Below are positions 16,397-25,880 of a stretch of 64,000 nucleotides of DNA, one piece after another (the first letter of the stretch is position 1; the number at the start of each line of letters is the position of its first letter). The stretch is from a virus (taxonomy: Duplodnaviria > Caudoviricetes). Made by a program: the position numbers and the translations under genes. The DNA lies in IMG/VR virus record IMGVR_UViG_3300025450_001231. One strand, written 5' to 3'. A model generated the notes under the pieces. The model made no database searches. It was not told the DNA's origin and was given only the letters and a program-made list of their open reading frames with translations.

Positions 16397-18393
16397 TGTT
16401 TATTAACGATTTATTTGATAACAAAAAAATACAAGAAGCTGCTAATGCTGCTCAACAGGCTGCAATTGCCATTAATATGAAAAAACATCATCAAAAGCCC
16501 AAGGATATGAAAGAGGCTGAAGTAGATGAAATGTTTGGTTTTATGAGTCCTAAGAAACCTAGTCCCACTGACTATGCAACAAAAGTAAGCAGTGCCCCTA
16601 AGAAGTTAACTAAACAAGACTACGACGAATTAATGAAGCAGTCAGAAAGACCAAAAGGAACACAGGTTGTATATCATAACAGAGATGAATATGTTAAAGA
16701 TATGCAAAGAAGAAATATCAAGCCAGCAACCATTGAAGAAGAAGATATTGCAGAAGGCGAACGCAATATGAGTCGTGCTGCTAAAGGTGTAATGAAATAT
16801 GGCAAGGATGGTATGAAGGCATTGGCCAAAGCAGGTAGAGAAGGTGCCAGCGACGAAAAATTAGACACTATACGTGACAAGTACGACCATTATAACGAAA
16901 GTGTAGCAGAAGATTCAGAAAAACGTTGTATGCAATGTGGTATGAAAAACTGTAGTTGTACACCAGGTAAATGCAAGTGTAAGCCTGTTGCAGGTTGGGT
17001 ACCAGGCAAAGGTTTTAAGAAGGCTATGGAAGAAGCTGCATTAAACGAAAAATGGAGTCAAAAATACAAGAGCAGTATTAATTGCTCACATCCAAAAGGT
17101 TTCAGTCAAAAGGCGCATTGTGCCGGTAAAAAGAAACACAATGAAGATATAACTATGGAAATGACCTGCCCTGATTGCGGTATGTGCCAAACACACGGCA
17201 ATCTTAACGAAATTAAAAAGGGTCAAAAAGATTCAAATGGATACACCAAATGTTGGCCTGGCAAACACGCAGAAGGTACTAAGAAATCTAGTGTTACAGG
17301 TAAACAAGTAAGAAACTGTGTACCAAACAAAGGTGTGAAGGAAGGCCATGCAGACCAACAACGCAAAATCTTTAAGAAGAATGGTAAGCCAGTAGGCGAA
17401 GTTGGTATTGACCGTGAATCAAGTCCTGGCAACGGCCAATGGTATATGAAATGTTATGCTTACGACATAGACAATGCGGGCTACGATTCATACGAAGAAG
17501 CCGTTGAAGAACTAAAACATTGCTTAAAGCAAGGTGTGGCGGAAGGTGGTGCTGAGACAAGTTGGTCTAATGACACAGATACGATTACACTACAGGATAT
17601 TTTAGAATTAACCAAACACATTAAACAAATAAATTTACCGATAAACGATAATCTAAAGAGTAAACTACTTCATTGGGAAGGTAACCCAGAAGAAATAGAA
17701 AGAGTTAATCAAGTAACGGTGTCTAATCAATTTCCTATTTTAATTATGGTAAATGAGCAAGGTCAAATAGAATGGATCCTTGATGGCAACCATAGACTAC
17801 ATAAAGCAATACAGTCCCAAGCAAAAACAATACCTGCTAAACTTATTAGACCCAACAATCTTAACGACAAAGCAAAGAAAATATTTAATATAAAAGAACA
17901 AGGTGTGGCGGAAGGCCATCCTGAGGACGACGATGATCACGAGTGTTATGATTGCCGCGGCACTGGCGAAGGCCAACACGAAGGAACCAGTTGCAGAACC
18001 TGTGGTGGTACTGGCGTAGCACGCCCAGATCACGAAGAAGATGATTCAGATTATGAAGAACGCTTAAATTATCGCAGAAGATTTAGAGAAAGTAAAATCT
18101 ATTATAATGTAGTAGGTACACCTGCTGCAGCATTGCGTGAACAGTTTGGTATGAGAAAAGACCGCAATGGTTGGTACTTGAAAGAAACTGCTGGCCGTAA
18201 GCGTATACTTGAGGCACACAAAGCATTTGGTAATCCTTTGACAGAAGGTATGAATCTAGCTGCTTATAATGGCAGTACTGCTATCATCGGCGACGGTAAT
18301 GCCATTAGTCCAGTGGGCAGTAATCCACGCAGACAACAAGAATTGATCCCTACACGAAATAGTAAAGCGAAGAAAAATGGAAGAATTAGTTAA
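16396..18393 (+). CDS. Cassette-like multi-module protein with Cys-rich modules, a ParB/Srx-like domain and a CxxCxGxG finger
   Basis: CMQCGMKNCSCTPGKCKC; KWSQKYKSSINCSHPKGFSQKAHC; CPDCGMC; KCWPG...NCVP; ILDGNHRL; CYDCRGTG...CRTCGGTG. Confidence 0.7.
   Translation: MFINDLFDNKKIQEAANAAQQAAIAINMKKHHQKPKDMKEAEVDEMFGFMSPKKPSPTDYATKVSSAPKKLTKQDYDELMKQSERPKGTQVVYHNRDEYVKDMQRRNIKPATIEEEDIAEGERNMSRAAKGVMKYGKDGMKALAKAGREGASDEKLDTIRDKYDHYNESVAEDSEKRCMQCGMKNCSCTPGKCKCKPVAGWVPGKGFKKAMEEAALNEKWSQKYKSSINCSHPKGFSQKAHCAGKKKHNEDITMEMTCPDCGMCQTHGNLNEIKKGQKDSNGYTKCWPGKHAEGTKKSSVTGKQVRNCVPNKGVKEGHADQQRKIFKKNGKPVGEVGIDRESSPGNGQWYMKCYAYDIDNAGYDSYEEAVEELKHCLKQGVAEGGAETSWSNDTDTITLQDILELTKHIKQINLPINDNLKSKLLHWEGNPEEIERVNQVTVSNQFPILIMVNEQGQIEWILDGNHRLHKAIQSQAKTIPAKLIRPNNLNDKAKKIFNIKEQGVAEGHPEDDDDHECYDCRGTGEGQHEGTSCRTCGGTGVARPDHEEDDSDYEERLNYRRRFRESKIYYNVVGTPAAALREQFGMRKDRNGWYLKETAGRKRILEAHKAFGNPLTEGMNLAAYNGSTAIIGDGNAISPVGSNPRRQQELIPTRNSKAKKNGRIS
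17530..17915 (+). repeat. 17-bp in-frame direct repeat CAAGGTGTGGCGGAAGG (QGVAEG) flanking the ParB-like module
   Basis: Identical copies at 17530-17546 and 17899-17915, 369 bp apart; a 14/17 copy at 17329-17345. Confidence 0.9.
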
Positions 18394-18811
18394 AGCTCTC
18401 AAAATTGCATTTAGTACTGAATTCAGTTTCTATTTGAAAAGTCACTACTTTCACTGGAATGTGGAAGGTGCAGACTTTTTTGAATATCATCAATTGTTTG
18501 AAGCTATCTATAGCGAAGTTTACGAAAGCATCGATCCATTTGCAGAAAACATTCGCAAATTAGGCAGTTATACTCCTGGCAGCTACACACGCCTAAGTAT
18601 GCTGACACAAATTGAAGACGAAACCGATATTATTCCTGCTAAAGCAATGATTGCAGAATTATTGGAAGATAATGAAAAAATAATCAAAGTATTAAAACTG
18701 GTGTTCGAACTTAGCGAGCGCGAACGCGAAGCTGGACTCAGCAACTTTTTAGCCGAAAGAATGGATGCACATCGCAAACACGGCTGGATGTTGCGTGCTA
18801 GCTTAAAGTAA
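18377..18811 (+). CDS. dps: Dps / ferritin-like DNA-protection protein
   Basis: HYFHWNVEG, FFEYHQLFEAIY, DPFAENIRKLG, HRKHGWML. Confidence 0.9.
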   Translation: MEELVKALKIAFSTEFSFYLKSHYFHWNVEGADFFEYHQLFEAIYSEVYESIDPFAENIRKLGSYTPGSYTRLSMLTQIEDETDIIPAKAMIAELLEDNEKIIKVLKLVFELSEREREAGLSNFLAERMDAHRKHGWMLRASLK

Positions 18812-18812
18812 G

Positions 18813-18887
18813 ACCTTGGCCTTAGGACCGGGAGGGCGGGTGCTGCCCAGAATGAAGGAATTCGCTACTCTTTTATTCCAAAGTGAC
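18813..18887 (+). ncRNA. Candidate structured RNA element of unknown class
   Basis: GC-rich intergenic island with stems GGGCGG/CTGCCC and GAATGAAGGA/TCTTTTATTC (10 bp with G-U) around the loop ATTCGCTAC; strand not established. Confidence 0.45.
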
Positions 18888-18888
18888 C

Positions 18889-18916
18889 TTGACTTTCTAA
18901 TTAAATATAGTATAAT
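18889..18916 (+). promoter_or_regulatory. sigma70-type promoter with nested late motif
   Basis: TTGACT-16 nt-TATAAT; TAAATA at 18902-18907. Confidence 0.7.
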
Positions 18917-18939
18917 CAACTATAACTTTTAATTCAATT

Positions 18940-20040
18940 ATGATCATTTGGTTCAACTGTAAAATTACCGACGTAAGACTCAACCCTAACGTAATCCCCC
19001 GATACAATCTGCGCAACGACAATAGATACGATATTGCAAAATACAGCTTTGCCAGTTACGCACCATTACTACCATTAACTACTAAATTTATTTTTAATTT
19101 AGAACTAGCAGATGCATTTGCCGGCCGTGAAGCAGATATGCAGGCCTGGTTAGAAAGTATCTTTCCAGCAGATAGACTTAGCATTCATTGGTATAGAGCC
19201 AACACAAAAGAACAATGGCAAGCAGTCAAAGACGAAATGGATCAACTGGACGATGATCTAGTGTTCCCAATGGGTAATGAAGATCATATTTTTATGGACA
19301 GCAGTATTGAGATTATGTCTCGAGGATTAGACCTATTGCTTGCAGATCCAGATCCTTTTGCAGTTATCGGCACTAGCCATTATCCTGAAAGTATTCGTGC
19401 TTCCTATTTGGGACACGGTGCATTGACTGAGTGTAAGTCATATTTGGTTTGGAATTTTCCCTGCAATGATGCAATTCGCATTATGAAAAAAGAATTTTTG
19501 CAGTATTACATTACAAACTTTCCAGTTACCACAGGTCCAGTATTTAGAACAGAAAATTGGAATTCAGTAATGTTGCCTGACAACACAATGTATACTCCTA
19601 TCAAAGAACAGTTTAGACATTTTGATGGATATCATCACGTGGGCATCAATGCAGAAACTGCTCCACCTTTGGAAATTCCTCCAGGATTTTTTGAAAGTGC
19701 AATAATTGTTCGTTATGGATTCGATGATAATGATGCTAACAGTATCAACATCAATCCATTGGCAAAGAATTTATACGCTGCAGATATCAACGGTGCTGAC
19801 TATAAATTTACACTACAAGATATGCCATTATTTTGGTTGCCTTATATCAAAGAAATATTGTCTGCAGACAACATTGATCATCAAGCAATGGCCGAAGCTA
19901 GAGATCGATACTATATAGATTTGGCAAGAGTACACTTTAATTGGCCACATTTTAATCTAAGATTTGATGACTCAAATCAAATACCTTATGATTGGATTAG
20001 TCCAGTTATGATGGTAACCGAATTTGCAGAAGTAGATTGA
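18940..20040 (+). CDS. Hypothetical protein, possibly glycosyltransferase-like
   Basis: 366 aa; DDDLVFPMGNEDHIFMD resembles a GT-A DxD region; no certain family. Confidence 0.55.
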   Translation: MIIWFNCKITDVRLNPNVIPRYNLRNDNRYDIAKYSFASYAPLLPLTTKFIFNLELADAFAGREADMQAWLESIFPADRLSIHWYRANTKEQWQAVKDEMDQLDDDLVFPMGNEDHIFMDSSIEIMSRGLDLLLADPDPFAVIGTSHYPESIRASYLGHGALTECKSYLVWNFPCNDAIRIMKKEFLQYYITNFPVTTGPVFRTENWNSVMLPDNTMYTPIKEQFRHFDGYHHVGINAETAPPLEIPPGFFESAIIVRYGFDDNDANSININPLAKNLYAADINGADYKFTLQDMPLFWLPYIKEILSADNIDHQAMAEARDRYYIDLARVHFNWPHFNLRFDDSNQIPYDWISPVMMVTEFAEVD

Positions 20041-20065
20041 CTTACTGCAGGTATTCCTGTACAAT
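20037..20065 (+). promoter_or_regulatory. sigma70-type promoter upstream of the dsbA-like/polB operon
   Basis: TTGACT-17 nt-TACAAT followed by SD AGGAG and ATG 20084. Confidence 0.75.
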
Positions 20066-20083
20066 AATTTTTTAGGAGAACTT

Positions 20084-20344
20084 ATGAGCGACCGTACATT
20101 CAATGGCGAGGCGAAAATTAAACTTACCCAATTAATCAATGAGGGTATGACTGTACTACAAGAAGTAGAAGATCTTACTGCTGGACTTAACGACACAGTT
20201 AAAGCAATCGCAGAAGAATTGGAAATTAAACCAGCATTGCTTAAAAAAGCAATTAAAATTGCACACAAGGCTAAATTAGGCGAGACCAATAAAGATCACG
20301 ACGAGCTTAATACTATTTTGGAAACTGTAGGTAAAACCCTTTAA
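20084..20344 (+). CDS. T4 DsbA / GapR-like small DNA-binding protein
   Basis: LQEVEDLTAGLNDTVKAIAEELEIKPALLKKAIKIAHK helical pattern. Confidence 0.65.
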   Translation: MSDRTFNGEAKIKLTQLINEGMTVLQEVEDLTAGLNDTVKAIAEELEIKPALLKKAIKIAHKAKLGETNKDHDELNTILETVGKTL

Positions 20345-20643
20345 TGGATCAAATATCAAATGCATTTGTCGATATTTATAAATGGGCCGAGCGAGATTAT
20401 CGCGAGTGGCCACTGAGGTTCTGTGTTGAAATATTGGCTTGGGCTATTAGTATTAGTTGTAGCCTCACCATGGCTATTACAGTACCCAATCCTCCTCTTT
20501 TGGCTCTTTACCCTGTTTGGATATCTGGTTGCGCTATGTACGGTTGGGCTAGTTGGACTCGTGGAAGCTTTGGTATGCTTGCTAATTACTGTTTGCTTGT
20601 TAGCATTGACGCTGTGGGGTTATTCAGGATGATCACTCAATGA
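20344..20643 (+). CDS. Small membrane protein
   Basis: Three hydrophobic segments. Confidence 0.65.
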   Translation: MDQISNAFVDIYKWAERDYREWPLRFCVEILAWAISISCSLTMAITVPNPPLLALYPVWISGCAMYGWASWTRGSFGMLANYCLLVSIDAVGLFRMITQ

Positions 20644-23318
20644 GTTACGTAGACGCATTATTTGATCGCAAAGGTGATCGCATACACATTGTAGAACGTG
20701 TAAATGGCGAACGGGTATACAAAGAGTATCCTGCCAACTATGTGTTTTATTACGATGACCCAAGGGGCAAGCACCGTACTATTTACGGCACACCTGTTAG
20801 TAGATTTACCACCAACAACGGTAAAGAGTTCCAAAAGGAAATGCGTATACAGGGTAATAAGCGACTATGGGAAAGCGATATCAAACCTGTATTCAAATGC
20901 CTTGAAGAAAACTATTTAGGTGCAGAACCTCCCAAGTTACATACTGCATTTTTTGACATTGAAGTAGACTTTGATCCTAAACGTGGATTTAGTCCAGTTA
21001 GCGATCCGTTCAATGCTATCACTGCCATCAGTGTGTATATGGATTGGTTGGAAAAACTAGTAACGCTGGTAGTACCTCCCAAAGGTATGAGCTGGGCCAC
21101 CGCAGAAGAAATTACTAAAAAGTTTGATGACTGCTATATCTTCGAACGTGAGGAAGATATGTTGGATACATTTCTTAACCTAATAGACGATGCAGATATC
21201 CTAAGCGGTTGGAACTCGGAAGGCTATGATATTCCCTATACCACTGGACGCATTACTCGTGTGCTCAGCAAAGACGACACACGCAGATTATGCTTGTGGG
21301 GACAATATCCCAATCAAAGAATGTTTGAACGCTATGGTACAGAAAGCGTAACATTTGATTTAGTTGGTAGAGTCCACTTGGACTATATGCAACTGTATCG
21401 CAAGTATACATATGAAGAACGCCACAGTTATAGCTTGGATGCTATTTCTGAATATGAACTAGGAGAACGCAAAACACAATACGAAGGCACATTAGATCAG
21501 TTGTACAACAAGGATTTTCCAACGTTTATTACTTATAATCGCCAGGATACCATGTTGTTATCACGATTGGATAAGAAACTAAGATTCTTAGACTTAGCAA
21601 ATACCATTGCTCACGATAACACGGTGTTATTGATGACCACAATGGGCGCAGTAGCAACAACAGAACAGGCAATTATCAATGAAGCACACAGTCAAGGATT
21701 GGTCGTACCTAACAGGAAACATAGAGAAGAAGAATCAGACACAGAGTCGCAGGCCGCAGGTGCCTATGTTGCTTATCCCAAAGTCGGAATGCACGACTAC
21801 ATCGGAGCAATTGACATCAACTCGCTCTATCCCTCGGCTATTCGAGCCCTTAATATGGGACCAGAAACAATTATTGGACAGCTGAAACCTGTAATGACTG
21901 ACCACTACATCAAAGAAAAGATGTCCAGTGGTTCTAGTTTTGCAGCTGCTTGGGAGGGATTGTTTGGCAGCTTTGAATACGAAGCAGTTATGCGTGGCGA
22001 TGCCGGAACTGAAATTACTGTTGAGTGGGAAGCGGATGGTACCAGTGATGTAATGAGTGCTGCTGATATTTGGCGACTGGTATTTGACAGCAACAAGCCT
22101 TGGACTATTAGTGCCAATGGCACATTGTTTACCTATGAGAAAAAAGGTATTATCCCGGGACTGCTAGAACGGTGGTATGCTGAACGTAAACAGATGCAGG
22201 CCAAGCTCAAAGAAGCTATTGCGGCCGGAGACAAGGCCGCAGAAGAATACTGGGACAAACGACAACTGGTTAAGAAGATTAACTTGAATAGTCTGTATGG
22301 TGCTATTTTGAATCCAGGTTGTAGATTCTTTGATCATCGTATTGGACAAAGTACTACACTAACTGGCAGAACTATTGCTAAACATATGGATAGTTTTGTA
22401 AATGAAGCTATCACTGGAAAATATGATCACGTGGGTGATGCTATTATCTATGGTGATACTGACTCAGTTTATTTTACTGCTTGGCCTGCTATCAAAGATG
22501 ATGTGGCAGCCGGTCGTATGGAATGGAATAAGGATACTTGTATTCAGGTATATGATAATATTGCTGATCAAGTCAATGATTCATTCCCAGGATTTATGGA
22601 ACGTGCTTGCCATTGCCCCCGTGAGATGGGCGCTATTATCAAAGGTGGCCGAGAACTTATTGCCACTAAAGGTCTTTTTATTAAAAAGAAACGATACGCA
22701 GTATTGATCTTTGACAAAGAAGGCAAGCGACAAGATGTTGGCGGTAAGCCAGGTAAAGTTAAAGCCATGGGCTTGGACTTGAAGCGTAGCGATACTCCCA
22801 AAGTAGTGCAAGACTTTTTAAGTGAAATCTTGTTAGATGTGCTAACTGGTACAGAAAAAGAAGACATTTATAAAAAGGTCAAAGACTTTAAGTTATTGTT
22901 CCAAGACCGCCCGGCTTGGGAAAAAGGCACACCCAAACGTGTCAACAACTTGACCAAGTATACTGCCGAAGAAGCAAGACTTGGTAAAGCCAATATGCCC
23001 GGACACGTTCGTGCTGCTATGAACTGGAACAATCTGAAACGTATGTACGGTGACAACTATAGTATGGGCATTGTTGATGGTATGAAGACCATCGTATGTA
23101 AACTCAAAGATAATCCACTGGGCTACACCAGCGTAGGATATCCCACTGATGAAACACACATTCCACAGTGGTTCAAAGATTTACCATTTGATGATAACCT
23201 AATGGAATCCACCATTGTAGATCAAAAGGTAGACAACCTGTTGGGAGTATTGAACTGGCAAATTGCCGAAAATACTGACATCAGTTCAACCTTTGCTGAT
23301 TTATTCACTTTTGAATAA
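20640..23318 (+). CDS. polB: Family B DNA polymerase (T4 gp43-like)
   Basis: ExoI FFDIEVD, ExoII GWNSEGYDIPY, region II DINSLYPS, region III KKINLNSLYG, region I YGDTDS, KKRYA. Confidence 0.97.
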   Translation: MSYVDALFDRKGDRIHIVERVNGERVYKEYPANYVFYYDDPRGKHRTIYGTPVSRFTTNNGKEFQKEMRIQGNKRLWESDIKPVFKCLEENYLGAEPPKLHTAFFDIEVDFDPKRGFSPVSDPFNAITAISVYMDWLEKLVTLVVPPKGMSWATAEEITKKFDDCYIFEREEDMLDTFLNLIDDADILSGWNSEGYDIPYTTGRITRVLSKDDTRRLCLWGQYPNQRMFERYGTESVTFDLVGRVHLDYMQLYRKYTYEERHSYSLDAISEYELGERKTQYEGTLDQLYNKDFPTFITYNRQDTMLLSRLDKKLRFLDLANTIAHDNTVLLMTTMGAVATTEQAIINEAHSQGLVVPNRKHREEESDTESQAAGAYVAYPKVGMHDYIGAIDINSLYPSAIRALNMGPETIIGQLKPVMTDHYIKEKMSSGSSFAAAWEGLFGSFEYEAVMRGDAGTEITVEWEADGTSDVMSAADIWRLVFDSNKPWTISANGTLFTYEKKGIIPGLLERWYAERKQMQAKLKEAIAAGDKAAEEYWDKRQLVKKINLNSLYGAILNPGCRFFDHRIGQSTTLTGRTIAKHMDSFVNEAITGKYDHVGDAIIYGDTDSVYFTAWPAIKDDVAAGRMEWNKDTCIQVYDNIADQVNDSFPGFMERACHCPREMGAIIKGGRELIATKGLFIKKKRYAVLIFDKEGKRQDVGGKPGKVKAMGLDLKRSDTPKVVQDFLSEILLDVLTGTEKEDIYKKVKDFKLLFQDRPAWEKGTPKRVNNLTKYTAEEARLGKANMPGHVRAAMNWNNLKRMYGDNYSMGIVDGMKTIVCKLKDNPLGYTSVGYPTDETHIPQWFKDLPFDDNLMESTIVDQKVDNLLGVLNWQIAENTDISSTFADLFTFE

Positions 23319-23325
23319 ACAGGCA

Positions 23326-23354
23326 TTGATTTTTCTAAATATATCATATACAAT
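23326..23354 (+). promoter_or_regulatory. sigma70-type promoter with nested late motif
   Basis: TTGATT-17 nt-TACAAT; TAAATA at 23336-23341. Confidence 0.65.
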
Positions 23355-23377
23355 AACACAACATTAAGGAAATTAAT

Positions 23378-24109
23378 ATGAAAGACCACCTTTTAGACAT
23401 CGTACAACATACACACAGCCTCGGAGGCATTGATATTGCTAAAGTTACAGGCACAGAAGATAATACCATTTTAGAAGCACTTTCTGAAAATCGTAGCATC
23501 ATTCTGCAGGCCAAATTCAAAGGACCAGTAGCAGATTTTATTGGAGTATTTGGTATGCCTAATCTCAGCAAACTAAACACTATTTTGAATATTCCAGAAT
23601 ACAAAGAAGACGCAGTTATTACTGTTACTCGCCAAACCAAAGGCGAAGATAATGTACCAGTAGGCGTACACTTTGAAAACAAAGCTGGTGACTTTAAGAA
23701 TGATTATCGTTTTATGGCAGAAGCTATTGTAAGTGAGCAATTGAAAAGTGTTAAAATGAAATCTGTTAAATGGATTGTAGACTTTGTGCCTTCTAATAAC
23801 AGTTTGCAAAGATTGAAATTCCAAGCCAGTGCTAATAGTGAAGAGCCTAATTTTTCTGTAAAAACAGAAGGCACGGATCTTAAATTTTACTTTGGCGATC
23901 ACAGTAGCCACGCAGGAGACTTTGTGTTCCAAAGCGGTATCAGTGGCAAGTTGACTAAAACTTGGAGCTGGCCAGTTGCAGCAGTTACTAGCATTTTGAG
24001 CTTGCCCGGTGACAAAACATTTAAGATCAGTGACGAAGGTGTTGCAATGATTACTGTAGACAGTGGCATTGCTGACTACAACTATATGTTACCTGCACAA
24101 ACAAAATGA
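23378..24109 (+). CDS. Probable sliding clamp (gp45/PCNA-like)
   Basis: 243 aa alternating beta/alpha pattern directly after polB, with a clamp loader in the window; inferred from size and context. Confidence 0.5.
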   Translation: MKDHLLDIVQHTHSLGGIDIAKVTGTEDNTILEALSENRSIILQAKFKGPVADFIGVFGMPNLSKLNTILNIPEYKEDAVITVTRQTKGEDNVPVGVHFENKAGDFKNDYRFMAEAIVSEQLKSVKMKSVKWIVDFVPSNNSLQRLKFQASANSEEPNFSVKTEGTDLKFYFGDHSSHAGDFVFQSGISGKLTKTWSWPVAAVTSILSLPGDKTFKISDEGVAMITVDSGIADYNYMLPAQTK

Positions 24110-25671
24110 TCCGAGACGACTTAACCAGTAAGCAAAGCGACTATGCGGTATTTTTACCAGCACTCAGTAGCTTTTATGGCACTTACATAGGCAAACAAAG
24201 GCACGATCCCAACTACATAGATCCTGCTCGTATACCTGCACAATTTGAAAATGGAATTGAGGGCCTTAACTGGTTAAACAGTAAAGAAGGATACTTTCAT
24301 TACAAATGGGCATTGTATAGTGCAGGGCACGCCAATTTGGATGTTAATAAATTCGATCCCAAAGAAGATATGGTTCGCAATCGTGATCCCAATACCTTTG
24401 TATTGGGCGATAGTGGCGGATTCCAAATTGGTAAAGGGGTATGGGAAGGCGATTGGAAAGATCCCAATTGTCCCAAAGCTATGAAGAAACGTAGCCAAGT
24501 ATTAAGCTGGATGGATGCTTATATGGATCGCGGTATGACCCTGGATATTCCAGCGTGGGTAGCCCGTAGTCCTGCAGGCCAAAAGGCCACTGGCATTTAC
24601 TCATATCAAGATGCAGTTGATGCTACCTACATCAACAACGAATACTTTATGAACAATCGTACAGGTCGTTGCAAGTTCTTGAATGTGCTACAAGGCGAGG
24701 ATCACACTCAAGCAGATGATTGGTATGAACGTGTTAAAAAGTTCTGCGATCCCAAACAATACAACCGTCCGTTTGAAGGATGGGCTATGGGTGGACAGAA
24801 TATGTGTGACATACATCTTACACTTAGAAGATTGGTTGCACTGCGCTTTGATGGCCTGTTAGAAAAAGGTCTACACGATTGGATGCACTTCTTGGGCACC
24901 AGTAAACTCGAGTGGGCCACGTTGTTAACTGATATTCAACGTGCTGTTCGCAAATATCATAACAGCCAATTTACCATCAGCTTTGACTGTGCAAGTCCAT
25001 TCTTGGCAACTGCCAACGGACAGATCTACTATGATATCACTACTCCGGATCGTGGCAAGTGGAGCTATCAAATGCAACCCAGCGTTGATAATAAAAAGTA
25101 TGCTACAGACACAAGGCAGTTTGGTGATGCACTATTGCAAGACCGAATATTTGATACTTTTGTAGAAAGCCCAGTTAGTCTTAGAACACTAATCAAAGAT
25201 GTTTGTATATACAAACCCGGTGATCTAAATAAGATTGGTAAAGAAGGTAAAACTTCTTGGGATAGTTTCAGCTATGCCATTCAAATGGGTCATAATGTTT
25301 GGACACATATCGAAGCAGTTCAACGTGCCAATAGAGCATACGACAGTGGTAGTTATCCAAATATGTTGGTAGCCAGTAAAATGAATGGCAAAAAATTCCA
25401 ACAGTATGATCGCCATTTTTTCAGAGACATTGTTGACGCTATATTTGAAACCAGTGATCGTGGTCGTGCAGAAGAACTAATCGAACACTATAACAAATAT
25501 TGGAAAGCCATTCCTGGAACTCGTGGTTATACCGGTGAAAATACGCAAAATAGCAACACTATGTTCAATCAATTGTTTAGTACTGTTGACGATAATTCAG
25601 ATGATGTGTATAATACAAGAGATAACAGCGGATTAGATGAAACGAAACTTATAGAATTGGAGACTTTATAA
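24106..25671 (+). CDS. dpdA: TGT-fold guanine transglycosylase, DpdA-like (DNA 7-deazaguanine insertase)
   Basis: TGT motifs in order: VLGDSGGFQ, MTLDIP, NVLQG, GWAMGG, HFLG, ISFDCASP, MGHNV. The tRNA-TGT CxCxxC zinc site is absent; folE/queD/queE lie nearby. Confidence 0.8.
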   Translation: MIRDDLTSKQSDYAVFLPALSSFYGTYIGKQRHDPNYIDPARIPAQFENGIEGLNWLNSKEGYFHYKWALYSAGHANLDVNKFDPKEDMVRNRDPNTFVLGDSGGFQIGKGVWEGDWKDPNCPKAMKKRSQVLSWMDAYMDRGMTLDIPAWVARSPAGQKATGIYSYQDAVDATYINNEYFMNNRTGRCKFLNVLQGEDHTQADDWYERVKKFCDPKQYNRPFEGWAMGGQNMCDIHLTLRRLVALRFDGLLEKGLHDWMHFLGTSKLEWATLLTDIQRAVRKYHNSQFTISFDCASPFLATANGQIYYDITTPDRGKWSYQMQPSVDNKKYATDTRQFGDALLQDRIFDTFVESPVSLRTLIKDVCIYKPGDLNKIGKEGKTSWDSFSYAIQMGHNVWTHIEAVQRANRAYDSGSYPNMLVASKMNGKKFQQYDRHFFRDIVDAIFETSDRGRAEELIEHYNKYWKAIPGTRGYTGENTQNSNTMFNQLFSTVDDNSDDVYNTRDNSGLDETKLIELETL

Positions 25672-25880
25672 TGGTAGAAAATGCAACTAACATTTTGGCG
25701 ATGACCATACTTAGCGGATGTGCAGTAGTTTTGGCAATTATGTTTATTATCTTAATTAACAATTTGTTACATAAGTATTGGAAACCATTGGGTTGGTTCA
25801 GTGCGTGGGGTGTTGCACCAAGATTTGTGACTACCGAAGACGCCAAGCAAGACCCTGCAATGGATCCCAATCATAAATGA
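25671..25880 (+). CDS. Small single-TM protein
   Basis: 69 aa with a long hydrophobic helix. Confidence 0.55.
   Translation: MVENATNILAMTILSGCAVVLAIMFIILINNLLHKYWKPLGWFSAWGVAPRFVTTEDAKQDPAMDPNHK

Noticed and set aside
18813-18887. tRNA, SRP RNA, FMN riboswitch, pistol or HDV-like ribozyme
   Set aside because: No T-loop or cloverleaf, no SRP CAGG/AGCA loop arrangement, and no complement for a pistol pseudoknot. Similarity to FMN consensus words is fragmentary.
20640-23318. Intein or intron in the DNA polymerase
   Set aside because: Length is normal (892 aa), motifs are evenly spaced, and no C/S...HN intein ends or homing endonuclease motif are seen.
24106-25671. Ordinary tRNA-guanine transglycosylase (tgt)
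   Set aside because: It lacks the CxCxxC zinc site, is much longer than bacterial Tgt and sits next to the DNA polymerase; a DpdA-type role fits better, though this is not proven.
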